Positions 1 to 9,208 of a DNA stretch of 64,000 bases are shown one piece after another (positions within the stretch are counted from its first letter, which is position 1; every line of letters starts with the position of its first letter). The notes beneath the pieces are model-generated. The model saw only the letters and a list, made by a program, of their open reading frames with translations. It ran no database searches and was not told where the DNA came from. A program made the position numbers and the translations under genes. This stretch comes from an uncultured Candidatus Bathyarchaeia archaeon (GTDB lineage Archaea; Thermoproteota; Bathyarchaeia; TCS64): NCBI GenBank assembly GCA_964589605.1, contig CAZPRN010000002.1, positions 45,180 to 109,179 on the forward strand, read 5' to 3'.

Positions 1-589
1 GGGCGTTGATGCCGTTGGAGCCGTCCCGCCTTTCTTCTTGAAGCCTGACAGGACCAGCATCCTCAACCACTTCAAGGCGATAGCTACAGCCGTCAAGATT
101 CCACTCTACGTCTACAACATCCCCGGAAACGCGGTGAACAAGGTGACACCAGAGATGATGGTTGAGCTAGCCGATGAACCCAACATCAGGGGCGTCAAGG
201 ACAGCAGCAAGGATTTCATCAACCTCCTCAACTATCTGCGCCTACTCCCCGAGGATTTTAACGTCATCTCTGGCTCGGATAGCTACATCTACCCTGCTAT
301 AATGATGGGCGCCAAGGGATCAATCACCGGGTACGCCAACGGGTTCCCAGATATCTACTCGGAGTTCTGGCGAGTCATCGGAGAGGGCGATGTGAGGGCT
401 GCACGTGATTTCCAGTGGAGGATCAACGAGCTTAGGGGCAACCTCCAGAAGCCACCGCTTGCGTCCCATTACGAGGCTTTGAGGCTCCGGGGCGTTGATG
501 CAGGTGTACCGAGAGCTCCCCTACGGGGTATGACCGACTCCGAGAAAACGGACTTGAAGCAACGGCTGGATAAGCTAGACGTCCTCTAG
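1..589 (+). CDS. DapA/NanA-family class I aldolase (dihydrodipicolinate synthase-like), C-terminal fragment; 5' end lies upstream of the window
   Basis: The frame is open from the window edge (GVDAVGAVPPFFLKPD...). It has IPLYVYNIPG and GVKDSS (Schiff-base Lys region) motifs. It is a paralogue of 56019..56933. Confidence 0.8.
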   Translation, partial: GVDAVGAVPPFFLKPDRTSILNHFKAIATAVKIPLYVYNIPGNAVNKVTPEMMVELADEPNIRGVKDSSKDFINLLNYLRLLPEDFNVISGSDSYIYPAIMMGAKGSITGYANGFPDIYSEFWRVIGEGDVRAARDFQWRINELRGNLQKPPLASHYEALRLRGVDAGVPRAPLRGMTDSEKTDLKQRLDKLDVL

Positions 590-1486
590 CTTCTCGACCT
601 CAGCGTCGATAACCTTCTCAATATCATCCAGCTTGTCTTTTATCCAGTCCCTGAGCTCGTCTATCTTCCTGACCTTGGCGTTCCAGCGCCTGACGTTGAT
701 GTTTGACCTGATTGACTTCTCGACGATCTTCTGGAAAAGGTTAGGGTCGAGGGCGTCTAGCTCAACGGACTTGTCGCCGTGTTCAGCCATGAATCCTTCG
801 GCTCGTGCGTCTGTCCGCTTCACCGGCATGGGTGGTAGTTTGTACTGGTTGATCTGGTCAGCGGTTAGGGCTATCCTTGTGACCGAGAAATCCTTCGCAC
901 CGTAACGTGCGAGCCTATCCTCAAGGTCTCGCTCGATGTCAATGCCGCTAGGGTCAAAGTCACCGTAGTAGAGTACCATGACGTGTTTGCCCTCCAGCCG
1001 TGTCTCCATGTACTTGGCCATACCTTGCACGTAGCTGAAGCTTGGGTAGCCCCTCGTTGGGAAAGTACGCACCGAATAGTTGTTTGCCACACGGCTGACA
1101 AGCCTGCTAAGGGCGTCCTTCTCTAGGCTGATGAGCACGTGATTGGGCTGGTTGTCCCACATGGGCATTGTGAAGCCCTTCCAGCTGTCCTGCAGGCTGT
1201 GCAGCTTGTTCTTCAGGTACTCCTCGGCGGAGTCAAAACCAGTGTCACCTCTTCCTAGGATGCGTCTGCTCCTGTCCTCAAGGCAGTTTATTGGTACATC
1301 ACCCTGCTCACGTGCCTTGACAAGCACCCTGCTGAGCCTCTTGTATGAGTTTATCGTGTTTGGGATGAGCAGTCGAGCCACTAACCGGTAGTACAGCTGC
1401 CTCAGCGTTATCGCTGTGTCGTACTGGTCGAAGACCTCAAGGCTAGCCCTGACTAGGTCCTCGTATTTGGGCCCGGAGCGACTCAT
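575..1486 (-). CDS. Short Topo VI subunit A / Spo11-like protein (winged-helix 5Y-CAP + Toprim; 'Topo mini-A' type)
   Basis: TLRQLYYRLV has a tandem Tyr at the 5Y-CAP catalytic position. LISLEKDAL supplies the Toprim Glu and YYGDFDPSGIDI the Toprim DxDPxG. It is 303 aa. No B-subunit/GHKL ATPase ORF is adjacent. Confidence 0.6.
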   Translation of the reverse strand: MSRSGPKYEDLVRASLEVFDQYDTAITLRQLYYRLVARLLIPNTINSYKRLSRVLVKAREQGDVPINCLEDRSRRILGRGDTGFDSAEEYLKNKLHSLQDSWKGFTMPMWDNQPNHVLISLEKDALSRLVSRVANNYSVRTFPTRGYPSFSYVQGMAKYMETRLEGKHVMVLYYGDFDPSGIDIERDLEDRLARYGAKDFSVTRIALTADQINQYKLPPMPVKRTDARAEGFMAEHGDKSVELDALDPNLFQKIVEKSIRSNINVRRWNAKVRKIDELRDWIKDKLDDIEKVIDAEVEKLEDV

Positions 1487-1673
1487 CTAAAGGATATCTT
1501 GCGTCAGGGTATAATTCAGTTATCTCCGGCTAAACGTGCAAGAAGGCGTTTTCACCGAGTTTTCGCGGTTGGGGAGCCGTTTTCCATGGCTTTTTCGATG
1601 TCTGAGACCACTTTTTCATTAATAGACCTGGTTTTTGGGTCAACTCTGCATGTAGATAAAAAGAGGTGTGAGT

Positions 1674-2120
1674 TTAACCGGTTTCTGATAGCGCCTCGGC
1701 GGCTATCTGCTCCTTGGTCTTGTCCCCGTAGCCCGCCAGCTTCTCCTTCAGGGTCGCCGCGAAGCCTCCGAGCCAGTCGAACTTGGTGCAGTCAGCAAAC
1801 TCGTCGCACTGGTTGCATAACCCGTAGCCCTTCTCGTTTGCGCAGAGCCTGATGGCGCAGTCCGGTGGGCCTCCGCCCTTCTCGCAGCCGGCGCAGTAAG
1901 CGTACTTGTTCATCCAGTCAAGGACCTTCTCGGTTGCGGTCCAGTCCAGCACGGCACCGCCGGGCACCATTGGTGCCCAGTCCTTGATTCCGATCCCGTT
2001 GATGAGGTCAAGGGTCTTCTTGGCGGTCTTGGCTGCTGTGCCGTTCCCGAGGTCACATGTACCGCAGGTGATGCCACAAGGCGCGACTTGGTTTGATACA
2101 TCGAAAGGTGGTGATGTCAT
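1674..2120 (-). CDS. Cys-rich DUF3795-family protein
   Basis: CGITCGTCDLG near the N-terminus, followed by CAGCEKGGGPPDCAIRLCANEKGYGLCNQCDEFADC. This pattern is typical of DUF3795. Confidence 0.6.
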   Translation of the reverse strand: MTSPPFDVSNQVAPCGITCGTCDLGNGTAAKTAKKTLDLINGIGIKDWAPMVPGGAVLDWTATEKVLDWMNKYAYCAGCEKGGGPPDCAIRLCANEKGYGLCNQCDEFADCTKFDWLGGFAATLKEKLAGYGDKTKEQIAAEALSETG

Positions 2121-2257
2121 CCCATGATGCAGCGTTGTTGTTCTTTTAAAACCTACAGATAGGGTTGAACCGGGGGTAGGTGGAAGTCGAAGCCGTTAAA
2201 CGTCGTCACTGCGCCTTGTATTCGATTAAATTGAGTCTTTTCCAGAAGAAACGGTGC

Positions 2258-3340
2258 ATGCAGGTGCTGGACCTGCTCAAGAAGGACGGCGTTGATGCCC
2301 TGCTGTTGTTCCCCGGAGCCAACATAGCGTACTATACTGGATTTCCAATCGGCATGAGTGAGAGATTGGCAGCAGCCGTCATCCCGGTTGAAGGTGAGCC
2401 ATACTTTATCGTAAACAAGCTTGAGGGAGAGCTGCGAGGACTTGAGCCCTGGTTCAAGAAGGTCTACATCTGGGAGGAACACGAGGACCCGGTAATGCTC
2501 CTAGCGGAGAAGCTCAAGGAAGGCGGATACGGGAAGGCTAGACTGGGTATCTCTGAGGAGGCACCGTGGGGCTGGGTAAACAAACTAGCAGCACAGTTAC
2601 CAGAAGCGGAACTGGTGGACATCAGCGACGCGGTTGGATACGTCAGGATGGTTAAGACCGATGAGGAGATCGCCCACATGCAGGAAGCGTGCAGGATCAC
2701 CGATGAGGCACTGGAGGAAGCCTTCCAGCAGATGAAGACTGGAATGACGGAAGGAGAGCTAAAGGCATTGATCACAAACGGGATGACCGCTAAGGGTGGT
2801 GCCCGTCCATGGGCAGCGGTGCTATTCGGTGAGAGGGCTGCCCTACCACATGGTGGAGCAGGTCAGCGTGGACTCCAGCCAGGTGAGTTCGTACTGGTTG
2901 ACACCGGTTGCTTCATCAAGGGCTATGGGAGTGACCTCACGAGAACCGTCTTCTACGGGGACAAGCCGACTGATCGTCAGAAAGAGATATACAGCGTGGT
3001 TCTCGCGGCAAACAGGGCTGCATTCGATGCGGTTAAACCAGGTGTGACCTGTGAGTCCATCGATGTGGCTGCGAGGAAGGTTATCGAGGACGCCGGTTTC
3101 GGTGAGTACTTCATCCACAGACTCGGACACGGTATCGGGTTACAGGTTCACGAGCACCCGTACATGGTGAGGAACAACAAGCAGCTCCTTGAGCCCAACA
3201 TGGCTTTCACCGACGAACCGGGAATATACATCATCGGCGAGATCGGCGTAAGGGTGGAGGACACTGTAATATGCACCGAGGACGGGTGCAGGAGCCTCAC
3301 CAGGTTCCCAAGGAAGCTACGCAAGTACCCGGTGAGGTAA
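2258..3340 (+). CDS. M24-family Xaa-Pro peptidase (prolidase / aminopeptidase P-like)
   Basis: Pita-bread metal-ligand blocks VLVDTGC..YGSDLTRT, HRLGHGIGLQVHE, EPGIY and VRVED. The ATG at 2258 (MQVLDLLKKDGVDALLL) is preferred over the track's upstream alternative start at 2180. Confidence 0.9.
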   Translation: MQVLDLLKKDGVDALLLFPGANIAYYTGFPIGMSERLAAAVIPVEGEPYFIVNKLEGELRGLEPWFKKVYIWEEHEDPVMLLAEKLKEGGYGKARLGISEEAPWGWVNKLAAQLPEAELVDISDAVGYVRMVKTDEEIAHMQEACRITDEALEEAFQQMKTGMTEGELKALITNGMTAKGGARPWAAVLFGERAALPHGGAGQRGLQPGEFVLVDTGCFIKGYGSDLTRTVFYGDKPTDRQKEIYSVVLAANRAAFDAVKPGVTCESIDVAARKVIEDAGFGEYFIHRLGHGIGLQVHEHPYMVRNNKQLLEPNMAFTDEPGIYIIGEIGVRVEDTVICTEDGCRSLTRFPRKLRKYPVR

Positions 3341-3341
3341 C

Positions 3342-3686
3342 TTGGTCGAGCTCAGCCTTGTCGTCGGTGGACTCATCGCAGCGGTAGGCGGTGGCATCTG
3401 TCTCTACTGGTGGGTCTACTGGGAGAGGAACTTCAAGGGCGAGCTACTGACCGAGGGACCATACGCGATTGTGCGTCACCCCTATTACAGCGGGTTCATT
3501 TTCCTTGCGATTGGATTGGCGATAGCAATGCCTATCTTCGAGACAAGGCTTCTCGCGGCGATGACCCTAGCCGTCATATCCGTCTACGTGCCCCGAGAAG
3601 AAGAGCAGCTTCTCATCCACTATAAGCAGAAATACAAACGATACATGGCGAAAGTCAAGTATCGGTTGATCCCTGGAATCTACTAA
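3342..3686 (+). CDS. Small ICMT/PEMT-like membrane methyltransferase-family protein
   Basis: GPYAIVRHPYYSG motif with flanking hydrophobic helices. The TTG start lies one nt after the peptidase stop. It is shorter (114 aa) than typical family members. Confidence 0.5.
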   Translation: MVELSLVVGGLIAAVGGGICLYWWVYWERNFKGELLTEGPYAIVRHPYYSGFIFLAIGLAIAMPIFETRLLAAMTLAVISVYVPREEEQLLIHYKQKYKRYMAKVKYRLIPGIY

Positions 3687-3719
3687 CAGTTTTTATCCAT
3701 CTTACCCGTTCTAAACGCC

Positions 3720-4091
3720 ATGCTCATCGCGTGTGGAATCCTTGAGGATAATGGATTATATCTCATCGCCCAGCGTGGCCGAGACGATGAGCATCATCCA
3801 TTACGCTGGGAGTTCCCCGGAGGCAAAGTCAGGGACAATGAATCCGGTGAGGAGTGCATCGTAAGGGAGCTCAAAGAGGAACTGGACATTGATGTCCAGG
3901 TCAAGGAGTTCTACGGCGAGTACAAAGAGGAAGAACTAACAGGTCTCTACTACATCGTAAAACTTGTGTCAGGTGTGATCACGTTAAACGAGCACGAGCA
4001 AGTCCAGTGGGTGCACCCTGACGACCTTGATCAGTATGATCTTCTCTCCGTGGACCGCAGAATATCCAGAAAACTAGCCTCAGAGCGGTAA
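3720..4091 (+). CDS. NUDIX hydrolase (MutT-like)
   Basis: Nudix box GGKVRDNESGEECIVRELKEELDI (GX5EX7REUXEEXGU). Confidence 0.85.
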   Translation: MLIACGILEDNGLYLIAQRGRDDEHHPLRWEFPGGKVRDNESGEECIVRELKEELDIDVQVKEFYGEYKEEELTGLYYIVKLVSGVITLNEHEQVQWVHPDDLDQYDLLSVDRRISRKLASER

Positions 4092-4130
4092 TCCGTGGGT
4101 TTTAACTAGGTTGAACGCGGTGTTTTGTGC

Positions 4131-4790
4131 ATGTCCGATGATATGGTGAAATATTACAGCGACCGCGCCAAGGAGTACGAGGAGATATACGAGTGGAGAG
4201 ACCCCGGACGGCAGGAAGAACAGGACCGGATGGGGGAAGAGCTCAAGAAGGCGTTCAAAGGCAAAAGGGTGCTGGACATTGGTTGTGGCACTGGTTACTG
4301 GGATGAACGGATCAGCGAGACAGCAGAGTCCATCCTAGGCATCGACATCAACGAGGCAGTACTTGAAATCGCACGCAGCAAGAAGTACAAGTGCCCCGCC
4401 GAGTTCCGGGTGATGGACGCCTACAACATGGAGTTGGACGAGAAGTACACGGGCACCATCGCGTCATTCATGCTCAGCCACGTTCTCAAGGAGGACATGG
4501 ACGAGTGGATCGGTCATATCCACGATCAGCTTGAGCCAGATGCTTCAGTTTTTATCGCGGACAACACGTTCGTCGAGGGAATAGGAGGCAAACTTCACAC
4601 CAAACCCGATGACCAAAACACGTACAAGCTACGGACATTGAACGACGGGAGCCAACACATGATCGTCAAGAACTATTTCACAACAGCGGAGCTGGTCAAG
4701 CTGTTCGGAGCCCACACCCAGGGGTTCAGCGAGGAAAACGTGTTCATGGGCAAGTGCTTCTGGTGGGTCAGCTACCAGTACAAGCCCTAG
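4131..4790 (+). CDS. Class I SAM-dependent methyltransferase
   Basis: Motif [12 protein letters not shown]. The ATG at 4131 is preferred over the TTG at 4125. Confidence 0.8.
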   Translation: MSDDMVKYYSDRAKEYEEIYEWRDPGRQEEQDRMGEELKKAFKGKRVLDIGCGTGYWDERISETAESILGIDINEAVLEIARSKKYKCPAEFRVMDAYNMELDEKYTGTIASFMLSHVLKEDMDEWIGHIHDQLEPDASVFIADNTFVEGIGGKLHTKPDDQNTYKLRTLNDGSQHMIVKNYFTTAELVKLFGAHTQGFSEENVFMGKCFWWVSYQYKP

Positions 4791-4951
4791 GTTAGTGGCG
4801 CAAAATCATCCTTTGGTGCACCGCACAACGGGCACTCCCAGTCATCCGGGAGATCAGCGAAAGAAGTCCCCACTGCTACTCCGTTATCCGGGTCTCCCTC
4901 AGCGGGGTCGTAAACGTATCCACATACCTGACACTCATATTTCTGAGACAT
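4787..4951 (-). CDS. Rubredoxin (54 aa; below the ORF-track length cutoff)
   Basis: Manual translation of the minus strand gives [54 protein letters not shown]. It has two CxxCG knuckles and a canonical rubredoxin layout. Its stop overlaps the methyltransferase stop by 4 nt. Confidence 0.85.
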   Translation of the reverse strand: MSQKYECQVCGYVYDPAEGDPDNGVAVGTSFADLPDDWECPLCGAPKDDFAPLT

Positions 4952-4987
4952 GGATATGGCTACGGCTTGACGTTATTTAAAATCAAC

Positions 4988-5434
4988 TCACCGGATCGTG
5001 AAATCAGAAGTAAACTCACCTGTATCGTTATCCTCCGTCTCCCATTGCTTCACAAAAACATATCTCCCCGGTGGTAGATCAGTGAAAACATCCTGAGTCC
5101 AAGTCTCCCCCCTTGAGAGTTCGACGATTCCCGCAATCCAAGCAACATCCAACTCAACAGCATACAACGTCCCATCCGCTTCCTCCCTCCACACCTCGTA
5201 TGGGTACCCAAAAACGATTATTTTCCTGCCCCTGTTTTCGATAGTAAATGTGACTGGGTCCCCTCGATTAACACTCATATTACTCAGGCTAGCTGAGACA
5301 TCGTGATCTGGGGTCAAATATCTCCAACCTAGAAACCCGAAACCGATTATGAGTACAATTACTACTCCCAGAAACCAATTCCTACCCGAACCAGACTCCA
5401 TAAACAGTAATATTTCTGTGAAAATAATAAACAT
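4988..5434 (-). CDS. Hypothetical membrane-anchored protein (single N-terminal TM + beta-rich ectodomain)
   Basis: Hydrophobic segment WFLGVVIVLIIGFGFLGW followed by about 100 aa with no recognisable motif. The start may be the internal Met (MESGSG). Confidence 0.5.
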   Translation of the reverse strand: MFIIFTEILLFMESGSGRNWFLGVVIVLIIGFGFLGWRYLTPDHDVSASLSNMSVNRGDPVTFTIENRGRKIIVFGYPYEVWREEADGTLYAVELDVAWIAGIVELSRGETWTQDVFTDLPPGRYVFVKQWETEDNDTGEFTSDFTIR

Positions 5435-5480
5435 AGCCCAAACGGAAAGACTATAATCCCCGGCTAATCAATGGATTCTG

Positions 5481-6590
5481 ATGCTAGCCGAGAGGGAAGC
5501 CGCAAAGTACCCGTTTCTGAGGTCAGGCTTGAACCTACTGGAAGGATTAGACCTTCAACTGGACGAGCTAGCAGGACCAGCATACGCAAAAGTCGTTGAT
5601 AGAGCCAAGGAAAGGGTCATCGAGGCAATAATGAACGGCGAATCCTCGTCAAACCTAGCCAACGTGGACCCCATGACCGAGCTATTAAGCTACCCAATCT
5701 CCGTGATGTTCGTCACGTTGATCTCCGAGCAGTTCCTCAACCGCCGATTCAGCCTCGCTGAGGCGGTCAGGGCTTACGGGCTACTCCAGAAGGAAGACGA
5801 GGACAGGATACTTGACATCGCCCTCAACGAGTTCGGGTGGATAATCAAGAAGGACCCCGAGACCATCGACGGCGAGGAGATGAGTCTAAAGGTATCCTTC
5901 GCCGACTACCTAGACCTAGCAGCCGGTTTCCATGAACCTAAATGGAAGCTTGTGAACCGCAAGATGGAGAACGGGTTCGTAGCACTGACAGACAAGGAGG
6001 CAGCCAGGCTCCTGCAGGTTGAGGTGGAGAAATGGGTGAATGAAAGGGTAGCGACCCCAAGCAACTTCCCGCTACCGCTGCCCCTAGAATCTAGGCTCAA
6101 CGAGATCAAGAAGGTGTTCGACGAGAACAGGTCCAAGCTCAGCGGAAGCGAGCTACCCGACGAAGTCATCAACGAGGCTTTCCCCCCCTGTATCAACTAC
6201 TGCCTTGAGGGACTAATGGCAGGCAGAAGGGCTAGTCACATGGAGCGGTTCGCCTTGACGAGCTTCCTCGTGAACGTGGGTATGCCAGTTGACCAGATGG
6301 TGAGTTTCTACACAGACGTAACCGACTTCGACGAGTCACTTACACGTTACCAGATTGAGCACATCGCCGGGCTGAAGGGTAACAGGACAAAGTACACGCC
6401 ACCCACATGTAACACCCTTCGGACACACCGGGTGTGCCGGAACCCTGACAGCACCTGTGACAGGATCACTCACCCGTTATCGTATTACCGTCGAAAAGTC
6501 TGGATAATGCAGAGACGTGCAGAGGAGGCAGCAGCCCGGGAAGCCGCCAAGGAGGAAGCTGAATCCTCAAATACAGCGAAGCAGGAATAG
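5481..6590 (+). CDS. priL: DNA primase large (regulatory) subunit PriL
   Basis: C-terminal Fe-S domain signature FPPCINYCL..HMERFALTSFL..YQIEHIAG..KYTPPTCNTL..RVC..C..ITHPLSYY. Confidence 0.9.
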   Translation: MLAEREAAKYPFLRSGLNLLEGLDLQLDELAGPAYAKVVDRAKERVIEAIMNGESSSNLANVDPMTELLSYPISVMFVTLISEQFLNRRFSLAEAVRAYGLLQKEDEDRILDIALNEFGWIIKKDPETIDGEEMSLKVSFADYLDLAAGFHEPKWKLVNRKMENGFVALTDKEAARLLQVEVEKWVNERVATPSNFPLPLPLESRLNEIKKVFDENRSKLSGSELPDEVINEAFPPCINYCLEGLMAGRRASHMERFALTSFLVNVGMPVDQMVSFYTDVTDFDESLTRYQIEHIAGLKGNRTKYTPPTCNTLRTHRVCRNPDSTCDRITHPLSYYRRKVWIMQRRAEEAAAREAAKEEAESSNTAKQE

Positions 6591-6597
6591 ACGCGAA

Positions 6598-6738
6598 ATG
6601 AAAAGGGAGCTAACCGAGGAGAAGAAACAGCGACTCAAAATGGTCGGCTTACACTACTGCAAACTATACGAGAACGTGGTCAGATGGAACGCCCCTGCAT
6701 GTGACAAATGTCCACATGCCACCTACCCACGAAAGTAA
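6598..6738 (+). CDS. Possible 46-aa Cys/His-containing small protein between priL and priS
   Basis: ATG-initiated ORF MKRELTEEKKQRLKMVGLHYCKLYENVVRWNAPACDKCPHATYPRK with a CxxC-H cluster. There is no recognisable family, and only position supports it. Confidence 0.2.
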   Translation: MKRELTEEKKQRLKMVGLHYCKLYENVVRWNAPACDKCPHATYPRK

Positions 6739-6780
6739 ACTGTAACCAGTTTTATACCCGACAAACATCAAGGAATAGAC

Positions 6781-8013
6781 ATGGAGCAGGAGCCATGGGG
6801 GAGTCCACAATTCATAGAGGAACAGTTCTCCCACTGGTACCGCCGCAACTCTAGCACCATACCCGCTCCGATTGACGTCGTTCACCGCGAGTTCGCGTTC
6901 CTAACCTTCAGAGGCAGGGGAATGCACCGGCACATCCAGCTACCGTCAACCAGGGACATGAGAAGCTATCTCCGCAACAACGCCCCAATGCACGCATACC
7001 ACAGCAGCAGCTACTACGAGGACCCCACCGCCGACATGTCGTTAAAGGGATGGATCGGGGCAGACCTTGTCTTCGATATTGATGCTGACCACGTTGATCT
7101 TCCCTGCCAGAAAACCCATGACAAGTGGTGGTGCCGCAACTGCGACGAATCCGGTGTAGGACACCCGCCCGAGATATGCAAATGCGGGAAAGCCCAGTTC
7201 GAGACAGAGGTGTGGCTCTGTGCAGACTGCCTACAGGCGATGAAGTATGAGACAGAGAAACTTCTTGACATACTTATACAGGACTTTGGGGCGAAAATCG
7301 AGGACCTGATAACTAACTTCAGCGGAAACCGGGGCTACCACGTGCACGTGCATAGCGACGAGATGAAGGGGCTCAACCAGAACGCCCGCAGGGAGATCGT
7401 TGACTATATCATGGCGATAGGTCTTGAGGCAGGGCTACAGGGATTCAAACAGGGGGGAGGCGCAAGATCAACCCTAGCCGAGGGAGGCTGGAGAGGCCGA
7501 ACAGGCAGAGCTGTCTACGATTACCTGACCTCAGCCACCGAGAAGCAGATCAGAGCCCTCAAGATGAGCCCCAACGCAACCAAAGCAGTACTAAACTCAA
7601 GGGATGAAGTGCTGGACACCCTTGTCACGAAGCACCCAGGCAACGTACTGCCAATGATTCCACCAAAACAGCTTGAAAAGCTTGTAGCCAAGGCAATCAA
7701 GCTCCAGGCAAGCGAGATCGACACAGTCGTTACCACCGACATCCACAGACTCATCAGGATGCCCAACACACTCCACGGGAAGACCGGCTGGCAGGTGCAG
7801 ACAATCCCATACGGGAAGCTCCCAAGCTACGACCCGTTGACCAGCGCCGTGATACCAAACAAGTCCCAGATCAAGCTAGAATTCAAGGGTGCACCCAAAA
7901 TCAAAATACTGGACGAGGAATATGGTCCATACGAGGAAGGAGAGGTCGTTGAATTGCCCATCGAGGCAGCCCTATTCTTCCTCAGTAAAAAAGGAGCGAG
8001 GGTCAAGCGATGA
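6781..8013 (+). CDS. priS: DNA primase small (catalytic) subunit PriS
   Basis: AEP motifs DLVFDIDADH, SGNRGYHVHV and RLIRMPNTLHGKTG. A Zn-binding insert CRNCDES..CKCG..CADC is present. Confidence 0.92.
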   Translation: MEQEPWGSPQFIEEQFSHWYRRNSSTIPAPIDVVHREFAFLTFRGRGMHRHIQLPSTRDMRSYLRNNAPMHAYHSSSYYEDPTADMSLKGWIGADLVFDIDADHVDLPCQKTHDKWWCRNCDESGVGHPPEICKCGKAQFETEVWLCADCLQAMKYETEKLLDILIQDFGAKIEDLITNFSGNRGYHVHVHSDEMKGLNQNARREIVDYIMAIGLEAGLQGFKQGGGARSTLAEGGWRGRTGRAVYDYLTSATEKQIRALKMSPNATKAVLNSRDEVLDTLVTKHPGNVLPMIPPKQLEKLVAKAIKLQASEIDTVVTTDIHRLIRMPNTLHGKTGWQVQTIPYGKLPSYDPLTSAVIPNKSQIKLEFKGAPKIKILDEEYGPYEEGEVVELPIEAALFFLSKKGARVKR

Positions 8014-8627
8014 GCGAACGGTACAGAAGCCTAGAGGAGGCATGGAGCCAGGAAAAGAAGGCAAAAGAGCTCCTCAACATACCTGACGACCTGCTCCACG
8101 AGATGAAGGACTACGTCGCCACCCTTAACAAGACCCCCACCGACGAGAACACGCTAGCCGGGCAACTCCTGCGCACCGAGAAACTGTACGCAAACCAGAT
8201 GATCAAGGACCTGACCGAGCTACGGCTCAGGAAAATCGTCACCCTTGAGGTCAACAACCAGCCAATTGATGCTCAAGCTATGACCCCGGAGGAGCAGAAA
8301 CTCCACAGCAACATCCGACAGTTGTTATCTGGCTACAGGCAGGGAGCTGACCTACCGGACATCACCCCCATTGCCGCTCCACCCAAACCAGAGGCACCAA
8401 AGCCCAGGAAGACGCAGCGAGCCAAACCAGCACCAAAACCGGTTATCAAACCCGATGAGGTGCAGATGATTCTCGTCAGGTTCCTGCAGCCGCTACCGGC
8501 TATAATGGGCATCGACATGAAAGCATATGGACCGTTCCAGCCCGAGGAGCTAGCTACCATCCCGGTTCAGAACGCTGAAAACCTCATCAAGCGCGGAATC
8601 GCCAAGCCAGTGGACGTCGAACCCTAG
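8010..8627 (+). CDS. GINS subunit (Gins51/Gins15-type)
   Basis: The ATG overlaps the priS stop (ATGA). The helical A-domain ends in LRLRKIVTLEV, followed by a Pro/Lys-rich linker. The C-terminal B-domain reads ILVRFLQPLPAIMGIDMKAYGPFQPEELATIPVQNAENLIKRGIA. Linkage of priS and gins15 is known in archaea. Confidence 0.65.
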   Translation: MSERYRSLEEAWSQEKKAKELLNIPDDLLHEMKDYVATLNKTPTDENTLAGQLLRTEKLYANQMIKDLTELRLRKIVTLEVNNQPIDAQAMTPEEQKLHSNIRQLLSGYRQGADLPDITPIAAPPKPEAPKPRKTQRAKPAPKPVIKPDEVQMILVRFLQPLPAIMGIDMKAYGPFQPEELATIPVQNAENLIKRGIAKPVDVEP

Positions 8628-8638
8628 TGACCAGCGCC

Positions 8639-8644
8639 TTTATA
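8639..8644 (+). promoter_or_regulatory. TATA-like box (TTTATA) upstream of the L44e-S27e-aIF2alpha-nop10 cluster
   Basis: GCGCCTTTATAGACC lies about 85 nt upstream of the L44e ATG. A GGTGAG Shine-Dalgarno-like element lies just before the ATG. Confidence 0.3.
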
Positions 8645-8728
8645 GACCACCTTTACGTGAATAGTACACCCTCCTGAAAGAGTTAAACCTAATAAGGAGA
8701 GGCAATGCTAAGACGGTGAGTAATAGCC

Positions 8729-9004
8729 ATGAAAGTACCGAAGACAATGCGGACGTACTGCCCCAAATGCAAGACGCACACGGAGTTCAACGTCAGCATA
8801 TACAAGGCAGGTAAACGCAAAGGTGCTAAAAAGGGTGAACGCAGGCAGGCCGATCGTAAGAAGGGCTATGGCGGACAGAAATTCCCAGAGCAGCACAACC
8901 AGGCAAAGGTCACAAAAAAACAGGCACTTACACTAAAGTGCAAAGAGTGCAACTACGGTCTCATGCGCAAGGGTATGCGGCTCAAGAAACTGGAGGTCGT
9001 ATAA
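8729..9004 (+). CDS. rpl44e: 50S ribosomal protein L44e (eL42)
   Basis: [20 protein letters not shown]...CKECN zinc ribbon. Characteristic length and basic composition. Confidence 0.95.
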   Translation: MKVPKTMRTYCPKCKTHTEFNVSIYKAGKRKGAKKGERRQADRKKGYGGQKFPEQHNQAKVTKKQALTLKCKECNYGLMRKGMRLKKLEVV

Positions 9005-9005
9005 T

Positions 9006-9203
9006 ATGGCAGAATGGGGGCATCTGATTCCACGTCCAACAAGCAGGTTCCTCAGGGTCCGCTGCATCAGTTGCGAGTCAGAGCAGATAGTATTCAGCCA
9101 CAGCAACACTGAAGTTGCGTGTCAGACATGTGGCGAGAAAATCGTTGAGCCTACAGGCGGAAAATGCAGGATCAACGGCGCAGTAGTCGCAGTTTTAGGG
9201 TGA
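9006..9203 (+). CDS. rps27e: 30S ribosomal protein S27e (eS27)
   Basis: [33 protein letters not shown], a C4 zinc ribbon typical of S27e. Confidence 0.95.
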   Translation: MAEWGHLIPRPTSRFLRVRCISCESEQIVFSHSNTEVACQTCGEKIVEPTGGKCRINGAVVAVLG

Positions 9204-9208
9204 TTTAA

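Noticed and set aside
4795-4980. Track ORF on the plus strand (61 aa, Pro/Arg-rich).
   Set aside because: It is exactly antisense to a canonical rubredoxin ORF, which explains the open frame.
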